Positions 26,001 to 38,025 of a DNA stretch of 64,000 nucleotides are shown piece after piece. The notes beneath the pieces were generated by a model. It was not told the origin of the DNA, ran no database searches, and saw nothing but the letters and a program-made list of their open reading frames with translations. This DNA comes from Callorhinchus milii (taxonomy: Eukaryota), in contig NW_024704743.1 in the NCBI RefSeq assembly GCF_018977255.1, forward strand, positions 42,534,001 to 42,598,000, given 5' to 3'. Numbering within the stretch: the stretch's first letter is position 1; every line of letters begins with the position of its first letter. Both the position numbers and the translations under genes were made by a program.

Positions 26001-29000
26001 ACCTTTTCCTTTAGTGTGACAGCTCCAGGAATAATAATAATAATCCTTGCATTTGATATAGTGCCTTTTTAATATTTAATTTTTTTAAAGGTATCCGCCA
26101 ATTGATTAACAACCAGGTTCCTACTTACTGCTAGGCAAACAGAGATGTGTGGAGTAAGGAGGCTAGTGCTCTAACCACTAAGCTACAGGACTCCACCAGT
26201 ACAAATATATGAATTACAGACAACTAAAACTGTCATCCTTTCAGTCAGATTGATGCTGCTCCTATTTATAAATAATGTAATCTACAGTTTGACCTGCTTA
26301 CTCCCCAGTCCACCATCCGTCGCCTCCACTCGGCTGCCTCCATCCAGCCTCCTACTTGTCCCTCATCCCCTCTGCTCCACCATCGGTGGCCCCACTTTCA
26401 ACTACTGTCCCTCAAAACTTTGGAACTCTCTCCCCCAATCCCTTCGCCTTCCACTTTTTCAGATCACGCCTGAAGACCTTCCTCTTTGACCGTTTCTGGT
26501 CACCTCCTCACTCCCCAAGGCTCGGAGTCAGGCTCCATCAATGTTAAGCGCTCCATGACATTACCCTGCGTGAAGATCACTATGTAAATGCAAGTTGTTG
26601 TTGTCATAGTGTAGAAAATGACTAAAGAAAAATTAAGAATAGGAATAATAATCAGCCATGTATTCAATAATACACCCATAACATCAAATCATCACAAAGT
26701 GCTTCACAGGAAATTTGCAGTCAAGTATAGACTATTGGATAGAAAGATGAGCAGGTATGAAACATGTTACTCTTTTAAATAAATTTGCACTTGTTATAGC
26801 GCCTTATCATGTGTTTGAGACATCTCAAAATATTTTGTGGGCGGAACACGGCAGCCAATTGCGCACAACAGTATCCCACAAACAGTCGCGGATTGAGTGA
26901 CCAATGAATTATTATTATTATTATCTTTTAAATTAACTTACACGGTAAATCAAGAGTTAAGAGCCAATACTCTTTGAACTGCCTCTCTGAATTTGCAGTG
27001 CCTAGCTGCAGTGTTTGAACTGCGTACATTATTTTGCATGCATGATTAGATGCAATTGCTTTGCTCTCATCCCCACAAGTTCAATCACTTTGCCTCATCA
27101 AGCTCCAAGAAAGGAGGATCATACAAGAGAACAAAGTGGAATAGCTGACTCTGAACTTCCTCTCCAACTCAGTTCAGGATTTCCATGACAAAGACAAGAT
27201 ATTCCTACACATTTTCAAAGATGAATATTAAAAAGAATAGAGTGAAGTAACAAAAAAAATTACAAAGCAACTGATCGGGGCTACAAATACTGTTTTGGGT
27301 CCCAAAGGGTTAAGATCTTAACAGTTTATATTTAGCATATGGGCATTAGAAAAAAAGGAAGCTTTCAAATTAAAATTGCTCAGTTTGAATTTCTTTATAG
27401 TGTCAAATATCAATTTCAGTTTTCAAAGTCCAATAAGAAGGAGCACATTTTGAGCATCTTTTTACCCAGTATTACAAAGCTTTGTAGATTGCAGTTCCAA
27501 GTCTTATACAGTATACTTTATAATCAAACTACACAGGGCAAAATGAAACAAAAACAGAAGTCACTGGGAACACCCAGCAGGTCAGGCAGCATCTAAGGAA
27601 AAGGAAAGTGAGTCAACGTTTCAGATCCACGATCCTTCGTCAGAACACAGGGCAAAATATTGCTTTGTTCTTTTATCAATATGGACATCATTTACTGATT
27701 TACAGGTGATTAAAAGTAGATGATATTTCTTTTAATAATACAAAAATAATTCTTGCATTTGATATAGCCTCTTATCACCTCTTTGAGACGCCTCAAAACA
27801 CTTCACAGAACAAATTGTAAAGTGAATTGACTGTGTATTTTGTCGGCGTATTTTAAAAAAACACTACTGGGGAGAAATGCTGGGGAGATATAAGACGTTA
27901 AACCGAAGTCCTGTCAGCCTGTTCAGGTGGACGTTAAAGATTCCATGGTGCTTTTCAAAAAGAGAATGGAGTTTCTCTCTCCCGGTATCCTGGCCAAAAT
28001 TCCCAAAATAAAATTGGTCAACTGGCCAACACGATTTGCCCACAAAATACAGACAATTCACTACACAGTGTATCCTGTGAAGCGCTTTGAGACGTCTCGA
28101 TGACGGGATAAGGCGCTTTATCAAATGCAAGGATTATTATTATTAATTCTATCTGGGTTTAGATTTACTCAATTAATGTAGCATTTTAGAGCATCTAGAA
28201 TTTCACAAAATATTAAATGCGGTTCTGAATTTTGAAGCCGGGTGTCGGTAAGATCTGTACAAACTGCAACTTCAAAGCTAAGGCTGAGTTCAGCAAGTTG
28301 CCAATTCTGGAGGCTCTTAAATGCTCCGTTAATAGAGTAAATCTAGACCCAATAGGAATTTCTTCCCCATTTTTGTAATGCACTGCGATACCATCAAAAG
28401 AAACAAATGTGGTTGAGCCTCTTCCTGTCCTTTTCCGACCGGACATAAACACATCAGGAGAAGTTCACCAAGCGCTTCACAGGATATAGTCTAACGTACA
28501 GTGACTGTGTGTTTTGATAGAGATCAGAAGAGGGAACCCTCTTTGATTCAACCCTTTTCTAACCCACCAGTCCATGGAGGCCAATTGTACTGCCCCCTTC
28601 TGCCCCATCTGAGATCAGCTAACTCAGCACAAACCTGGTGTGGTAAAGGCAATGCACCAATGGATTCAGGAGGTTTGTAGAAAGATAACTACTTTCAATT
28701 CAAGTCAAAGCAATAAGAATCATTCATCCCTCTGAGGATTTAGTTATGTTCATTCAGTTTATGATTCTGGAAACACTCAGTACTTTATATTTCATTAAAG
28801 CCCCTACGTCATGTATCCTTTACACATTAGAGCCACTTTACAATACCATAACCATAACAAGCAACACCATCAGCGGTGTACAGATAGCACACAGAGCTTA
28901 CCTCGCGTTGAGCTAACTTTTGCTTGTCTGCTTGTTTAACTTTTGGGCTATTTGCCAGCAGATGGCGTAGTTTGACATAGCTCTTCCATAGTTTCTGGTA

Positions 29001-32000
29001 CCTGGAACAGAAACAACAGCTTACATTGATACCATTCCTTACCTTTATTTTCACACATACCCAACATCTCCTCTACCCTAATCAATATGCAACTGCAGAA
29101 GGATTTTTTTTTTTGGTCGGCCCATTTCCACAGTATGTGGAAACACATCACTATGCAGAAAGAGTCAATAACACAATGGCATTAGTGAGAAATTGACCAG
29201 TTTTACTCACTGTCTTATGCAGTCGTCTGATGTTACACGCAATATCCATCAGGCTAATATTGGGCATCGTGAAAAAGCGCTATATCAGACGCAAGGATTA
29301 TTATTATTATTATTATGTGCAGAAAGAGGTTTACGAAAGTTGACATCAAAGAGTTAGCAAAGTTACATAACACCATTTATAAAGCTTGCAACTCGACTTT
29401 GCTGCAGGCTTTGGGGTCCAATTTATGACTTGTACAAACCATGTATCCAAAGGGAATTACAGCTGCCCTCAAGTATACAATTAACAATCAATGAGAGGGA
29501 TTAGGGCACTAGAATGTTGAGAAAATATTTATTATAGAAATTTTTTTAAAAAGCAGGGAACACATGTAAAACCATGAGTGGAGCTTAAATCAGCATCCAG
29601 GATCCTCATTGCTAGATCGTTGATTGATTATTTATTATTGTCTCCAAAGATACAATGCAAGTAATAATATTTTTTCCTAACACATTTTTGATGAAAGCAC
29701 ATGTCTCAAGTGGAAGAGAAGAAAATTATTTAAGTAAGCGTGGAATTTAGAAATAATAATAATCCTTACATTTAATATAGCGGCTTATCACGTTGTTGAG
29801 ACTTCAAACTGAATTGACTGTATATTTCATGGACAAAATGCAGCAGCCAATTGCGCACAACAGTATCCCACAAACAGTCGAAGATTGACTGACCAATTTA
29901 TTATTCTTATTTTGCTTTGGAAAGGATTATTACTCCTGGAAAGCAATCCGTCAATCAACTAACAACTGGATTCCTACTTACTGCTAGGTAAACATGGACA
30001 TGTGGAGTAAGGAAACTTGGTAAGGTTTCACCCTGACTGGGAATCAAACCAGGGTCCTCTAACCAATATGCTAGTTCTAACCAATACACTACACGACTCC
30101 ACAGTGTAAATAAATAATTTTATAATCCAGCATTACCTGCTATCTAAGCAGGAAATACCTTAATAATAATAATAATAATAATCCTTGCATTTGATATAGC
30201 GCTTTTCACGTCGGGAGGACGTCCCAAAGCGCTTTACAGAACACACTGTAAAGTGAATTGACTGTATATTTGTGGGCGAACGCGGCAGCCCATTGCGCAC
30301 AGCAATGTCCCACAAACAGTCGTAGATTGAAAATGACCAATTTATTATTGTTTTTGGTTTTGGAGGGATTATTATTAGGCTCTGTGTGGAGTAAGGAAAC
30401 TTGCCCAAGGTTTCGCCCTGTGCCTGGAATTGAACTCAGGTCTCTCGCTTGCAAAGCGAGTGCTCTAACCACTGAGCTACAGGACTCCACAGGAATCGTA
30501 TGCAAATAGGCACATTTTACTTCACTTGCATCTCCAGCTACAGCAATATTTATCGGCACGTTCATAGCTGCATTGCTTTCCAGCCACAAGTCAGTACCAG
30601 GACTCCAAATGCATGTTCACCTTTTCACCTACAAATGTACACTCTGATAGCTGCCAGTAGCCCCACAGAACAATTCCCAAGAGCATTTCAGCCATATCCC
30701 CGATAGCACAGAGGCTGCAGCAGAATCCCTTTTACTATAATATAGCACCACTAAAGACCTACAATTCTGTTTCTCCTCCATAAATGGTTCAATTCAAAAA
30801 GCAACTGGAAAATCTATAGGGAATTTCATACAAATTATTTGTACGGCAAATTCAGCAGCAGGTAGGGTAATGTTCAGTGAATCCATTAGTTCCACCTCAT
30901 TCCTGCTGTATATATTATGCAAATGACATGCCAGCACATCAGCACAGTCACAAAGTTCCCAACTTCATTAATGCTTTGTTGCATTAGCCAATTACACATC
31001 TAAAATTCTCGGCTTTTAAATAAAGTTAATAATGTCTCAGTTCTTCTTTATCAAAGGCTTTGAAATGTTGCAAAGCTGTAGTGAGTGGTATGTTATAATG
31101 GACAGTCTACTTGTAAGGAATCACAGCAAATCATATAGACAAGCAGGCTAACGTATTTGCAAACACCATTCGGTAGCATATTGGTGAGGCATTAATCCCA
31201 TTGTGAGTACAAATTTATATATAGAACTGACAAAGTGATTCCATAGTTTATTCTACAAATGCACTATCAAATCGGAGTTAATCAATAAACTGAAATACTA
31301 TATATCATTAATAAGACTTGCATTTGTTATTTCACATCAGGAAGGCGGGTCAAACCGCTTCACAGGATATGCTGCAAAGCGTTTGCAAATAGATTAGCCT
31401 GCTTGTCTATAGAATTTGCTGTGGTTCCTTAAAAGTAGACTGTTCAGCCAAAAAATGCTGAACGTCCAACCCCAGAGGTCCAGCTTCTTGGAATTCCCCA
31501 TTGATGGAGGGGTGTCTGCCTCTGACACAAGGATGTGCTAAATATTACATAGACCCAAATAAGAGGTTAGGAACTAGCTTAAAAGCTAGATTTGTGTTGA
31601 AGGTGAGGGTCAAAATGGTACTCCCTCAGTCAGGTAATTTTTGCCAATTCTGGAGCTTGGCAGCTGAACTGTAGCCAGACAGATACGTGTCTGTATCTTC
31701 ATAGCAATGGTGTAAGTACTGCATAAAACTGGAGCACTCAGTTAGCATTATTGATAACTAACTGCACATCATGGCTCCCTTCTACATACTACTTATTTCC
31801 TATTGAACAGAGGAATTGGACTCAACTCACATAACAACAGCCACAAATTACATTTATATAGCATCTTTCACGTCAGAAGAACGTCCCAAGGTGCTGGACA
31901 GTCAACATCACACAGTACGTTATATGAACTGGGGCTATCAAAAAACTGCAGATTTGTTTCTGGAGCATTGTGATGCCTGGACACAACTGTGGTTAACAAG

Positions 32001-35000
32001 CTGACCACAACCCTGGTGAGATCTCATTGAGAGTTAACACAGTCAAAGTTGCTTTGCCTTTATTTATTTATGGTAACTGAGGATCGCAAGTGTGCTGAAG
32101 TGCGCATAAAATGTTTAAAAAGTATTAATAGAGTAACTGGAGAGAGGAATGAGAGAGCTGCAGCAAATCTCAGTACAATTAGCGGTGCCTGAGGTCAAGT
32201 AATGAGAATGGGAACAACTAAAACTCAAGACAATGACAGACTGACAGAGCGGAAACTGCCTGAGAAGGTCTTGTAGTTCGAAAACTGCTGATAAAAGGAT
32301 AATAAAAAACAGCAACTCCAATATAGGAAGGAAGGATCCACACAGCATGGTATGTGTCCCACTGGGACCATACCACACACAGATTTCAGACGCTCCAAAC
32401 CACTTGGTATTTTTGGAATAGTTCACTGCTCTTGTCCATGAGGTGCTCACAGGGAATAAATGTCATAATGAGACTATAATGAGTCCCTCGGTCCTTCATT
32501 AGATAGCAGAATGACCTTCTCAATGCTGTCAATTACACGCTACACAAATGTCAACAGTGAGGCACAAAATATCTAATTTTGTGACGGGTAATTCTTGAAA
32601 CAAGACCATCTTTTTTTTTGGGAGGGTAGAATTCCCACAAACGTTCCAGAGAGAAAATACTACAATTACTACAATTATAGAAGCCAGACTTCTGCCTCCC
32701 AAAGCAGGGCTTTAAGACTAATTGTATCCTGACTGAGACCAGCTAACTCAGTCTGCGCAGTGAGTGTCAACCCTGCAGTTTTCTGGTGCGTTGCATTTTG
32801 CAGTGCTTTGTGTCACAAGGCCGTTGGGGGCAGACAAGATGTATCCAAAGCAATGGAAAAGAATTGGTGACATTCTCAAGAGGATTTACAGCATTATCAA
32901 CATTCTATCATTGGGATTGCAGGTTTGTTACGGTGGAGTAAATGTCATGTATAGCATGCTTTCTCTATTTACATACAGGAGTCCTGTGTGTAGCTCAGTG
33001 ATTAGAACAGTCGCCTCGCAAGCAAGAGACCTGGGTCCGATTCCCGGCAGGGTGAACCTTGGGCAAGTTTCCTTACTCCACACGCCTGATAATAATTCCT
33101 CGAGAAAAAAAAACAATAATAAATTGGTCACTTCAATCTACGATTGTTTGTGGGACGCTGCTGTGAGCAATTGGCTGCCGCGTTCGCCCACAAAATATAC
33201 AATCACTTCACTTTACAGCATATTCTGTGAAGCGCTTTGAGATGTCTAGAAGACGTGAAAAGCGCTATATCAAATGCGAGGATTAGTATTATTATTACTT
33301 GCCGTGAAAAAACCCGCTATCCAATTGGAGCAGGGAAGTGACAGGGTTGTGTACATGCTCGCACTAGCCTCTCTCAAGGTTAATGCTGGAAATTCAAACT
33401 GTTCTTTCAAATGTATATTTTCATCCCGGTTTAGACATTAGAAATGTTGGGAGGTATGAAGATATACAGATGAGTTTCCATACCCATGACTTCTCCTAAC
33501 ATTTCTCCCTACACCCGCAACATTCACTATATTTACTGTGACTCTTCTACAATTTTTGACCAAAAATGCCTTGCCAAATCTACAGCCCTAACTATCATCC
33601 ATGTAGACTTTCTGCAGCTTCACTCAGCATATCTGACATACAAGAAACAGGTGGATTTCATCCATTCAAGTCAATAAATAGTTCACAATGTTTTTGTTGC
33701 TAAATATTCGAATTTCGCTCAGACCCAGCTAAAACAAAAACAACAATTTGCATTTATATAGCACCCCTCATGCAGGGTACCGTCCCAGAGCTAAAATATA
33801 GTCTTTACTTCAGTAACTCAAACTGGCATATGGTGGGGGCGGGAGGTGAAGGGGGAGAGCATTCAGAAAATACATTTTTCAAAAGTTTTAAAAAATATAT
33901 TGTCCTGTATTTGTATTCTAATGAATCTTCCCTCCTCTAAAAACATCATTACCACATGTTGAATTACTGCGCATAATACTCAGTCATTCATCAGCTCTTT
34001 GGTTTCAAGTATTCTGATTATTTAAGTCTGAATTAGGTATCTCTACGTAACAAACTTTTCTAACTATGTTTTCAATTCCAACCCGCCTGCAATAAAGCAA
34101 TAACAACTTGCATTTATATAGCGTCCCGGAGCGCTGAACAATGGTGGAGTTTGACGCTGAGATGGGGCGGGGGTGAAAGGCGAGTTGAGTATATTAAACG
34201 ATGAGGATATCTTAAAGAAACTGGTAATGAATCACATGTATTTTGGAAATATAACTCATCTGATTAAAAAATACATTTTTAAACTTTAATGTCCAGGGAC
34301 TATTAGTTAGTTGTGAGTTGGAGAATAGCCATTATAAAGCTTTGAACTTACTGAGGGTCGCCAGCATAGCTCAGCTGTGCAGGTCGGATCCCGAAATGAA
34401 CAATAATCGGAAAAGTTATGACATCGGGGTTAAACTGTTCCCGGTCCAACTGGTCAATGCGAACAGAGCTGGGTTTCTGTAAAGAATAAAAATGGAAGAG
34501 TGGGGAATAAATAGCCATATGAAAACCTGCAAAAGCACATTTATGTTGCGGCTGACAGGCCCTGGAGTGAAAAGACGTGTGTGTGTGTGTGTATTGCATT
34601 CACTTCTTAATTTAATTCAATAATCAGTACACTGGTCTAATAATGGCTTTTAAGTTTCATTTTCTTCTAAGGACTTACAATACATACTTATCACACTGGA
34701 TTGTTCATTGGTTAGAGATTTACAGAAAACAAGGCAGCCATTTGGCTCCATCCCACAATCCCTTCGCATTGCTCCCTCTCTTGTCTCTTTCAAGGCACAA
34801 CTCAAGACCCTCCTTTTTGACCATGACTTCCTCCGTCTCGCCCCCTCCCTTGCCACCTTCAAGACCCATCTCAAGACCTTCCTCTTCGACAGTGCTTTCG
34901 ATCTCCCTGATTTACCCCCCTGCACTCCACCCTCCCCCACCCCCAGCTCGGGTCCGTAACTCTGTTTGTCCAGCACCTTGGGACGTCCTCCTGACATGAA

Positions 35001-37993
35001 AGGCGCTTTACAAATGTAATTTTGTTATTGTTGTTGTTTAAGCAGATTTCACACAAACCAAAATAACAGGACCTACTTATGCAAAGTGTGTTAACCATGT
35101 GTAAACACAGGTACTACAGATGAATTTATAATCCCTTTCAATTTATTGTGATTCTATAATTTACGGCACTCATAATTTCCTCTGTGTACATGTTTAATGT
35201 CAACCCAGTATAGTACACCTTAATATTGTTACTTCTCCAGTATCTATTTTCACGATGTACAAAGCATGACTGCTGAATATGACAAAGTCTTGGCATTCCT
35301 CCCCTATTGGTCTCTTCTGTGGACTCTGTGGGAGAGGAATCCATGCACAGATTCCCTGCAACAACAGGATCATTCTGACTGAAATGAGGATCTGTTGCAT
35401 CAAAAACAGTTCCACAAGCAAACAAACACACAAGGGACACTTTGAGCACACAAGCCAATTTGTCCTACATGAATGCTCATCAGAACAAAGTAACGCCTTT
35501 GCCAAGAGGTTTCTCAAGCAGTCATTGAAGACCCTCCTTTGTGACCATGAATTCCTCCGTCTCGCCCCCTCCCTTGCCACCTTCAAGACCCATCTCAAGA
35601 CCTTCCTCTTCGACCGTGCTTTCGATCTCCCTGCTTCCCTCCCCTGCTCTCCCCCCTCCCCCTCCCCCAGCTCGGGTCCGTAACTGTTTGTCCAGCACCT
35701 TGGGACGTCCTCCTGACGTGAAAGGCGCTTTACAAATGTAATTACGAATGTAATTTTGCTCCACAAGACAGAGGAATTCACGGTCACGGCGTTACTTTGT
35801 TCTGACGAGCATTCAGGTAGGACAAATTGGCTTATGTAGTTGACATCCTAGGTACAAAGTCATATCATGTGTGACAAGCACCTACAAGTAACAGTGTGCA
35901 TCTCACCATGCTTTTCTGTTATCCTCTGTTCCAATGGCATAACGTGAAAGGTGCTACACAAATGTAATGTTGTTGTTTTCTTTCTCTTTTACAACCAGAA
36001 GTGCTTTTGAAAAATGAAACAAGCCAAAAAAAAATTCCCAAGCAATCAAATCATACAGTACAGCCTTTAAACATGAAATCAACAGATATTTAATTGTTCC
36101 AGACTTCCCAACTCCTCTCTCCACAAGCTGCTCCTCTCCTTCTTCAAGGTCCGTCTCTTTGACTGCACCTTCAGTCATCTTTCCCTTCCCCCCAGCCAAC
36201 ACCTTTAGCCCTCACCTTTCCCGAATCCAACCTCCAGCTCCGGTTAAAAACTCTTGACTGTCCAGCGCCTTGGTGACATTTGCCCACCGTGAAAGGCACT
36301 ATATAAATGCAATTTGTTGTTGGAATATTTTGGTCAGACTCGCAAGAAATATGCAGAAGTAAATTAGTGGACCGCTTCATCAAATGAGCAACCTAACTGA
36401 AAACCGACTGTCCGACAGTGGGAATGAAGATGGGGTGAACATTTACAGTCTGCTATTGTCTCCTAACAGGAATTCTTTGTGTGCCAGATAAAGGAACCCT
36501 GAAGAGAGCTCACTAGGCTAACTCTCACTCTTGCTCTAAACCATCTCCTCTGACCAACTGATACAGGCAGATAGAGCCAGGCTGACACGCTAATCAATTC
36601 ATGGGTTCTCCCAGGTCAAGTCAGAGCCGTTAAATTAATCGGAGCTTCGAACTTATGTAGTTGACACCAGTTGCAGACATTTCTGATAAAGAGAGCAGTA
36701 AAAATATCCCACTGGCAGACCTAAATATAGCAGCAATAAGCACACTCAGTCACTGCACCCCCTTCGTGTACAGCATATTCATCCTGAGATGACTAAGAAT
36801 ATGCTTCATTCACGTGAACATCAGAAAGCACTTTAAATGACCATGTCAAAGAAATTCACTCGATGATCTCTTGTTCAGCGCTATAGAAATAAAACTGTAA
36901 TAGATTGCCAAATAATTCAAATGAATCCATGCATATTTTTGACAAAGATGGTGTAGAGATATTTTTTCTTGCAAAGTTGTCATCTCCAATTTAGTATCTA
37001 GCACCTGAATATAAATCCACCAGCTCTGTTGAATACAGTTTGCTCATTAGCTGTCACCCAGTAACTTTCAAGGTTTCCCAAACAATTTCACCTTAATTTT
37101 TTACCACAGTGGCTTTCCACTTCAACACGTACCATGCCAGGGTAGCTAACGATCATTCCTTTGCATTCCTCAGCGTATTTCTGCCACTCCAACTCCTCCC
37201 ATTGTAACATGTCAGCAATCTCCTCCTCGGGAACGAGAGCCTTGCTGCTGCGCAGGAGATAATGCAGCACCTGGTGCATCGAAAGCACCTCCTTCCCACT
37301 GTCTGAGGTCGAGGGAAGCAAAACACAAGCTGGGGTCAGCAAACGTAATCCACAATCAATAATAACAATAATCCTTACATTTGATATAGCGCCTTATCTC
37401 GCCTTTGAGACGTCTCAAAGCGCTTCCAGAAATACCGTAAAGTGAATTTACTGTATATTTTGTGGCCGAAACGACTTGAATCAGGGTAGGGTCTCGAGCC
37501 CATAACAGTGGCGGAGCTTGACGCTGAGCTGGAGGGAGGGAGGAGGTGACCGTCAGCAAGCTCGAAGAATAAGGTCATTTAGAACCAAATCAGCGTCGGC
37601 TCCACGTGTTAGTTTCAGGCCCCTCCTCTTTTACTGATTGTTTTTTGCGGCAAATTTGATGCCTCAGCAGTCCTAGTTAGTGACTCTTTATTTTAAACAG
37701 CGACTGACTTCCACGTCATCTTCTTACAAATTAAAGGGTGTGGTGAAGGTGTGTGCAAGCTGCCTGTGGCTCCATATCCAGATGCTGTTTCAGCAGCTGT
37801 GTTTTTAAAAGCTACAGTCACCGTGATAAAGTGAAATACCTGCACCCCCTTCCCTGCACGGGGCTGGAAATTTTTGTCTCCCCTTCCCCGCACGGTGCTC
37901 GTTACATTTTTGTAGCTGTAGGAGCAATGCAGGCCTGAGCACCTCATTCAGCTCTAGTCTGGCTCCCAGGCCCTGCATTGCACATTTGTGTAT

Positions 37994-38025
<32 letters not shown>

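Noticed and set aside
35800..35830. CTGACGA as another hammerhead
   Set aside because: No stem II followed by GAAA downstream
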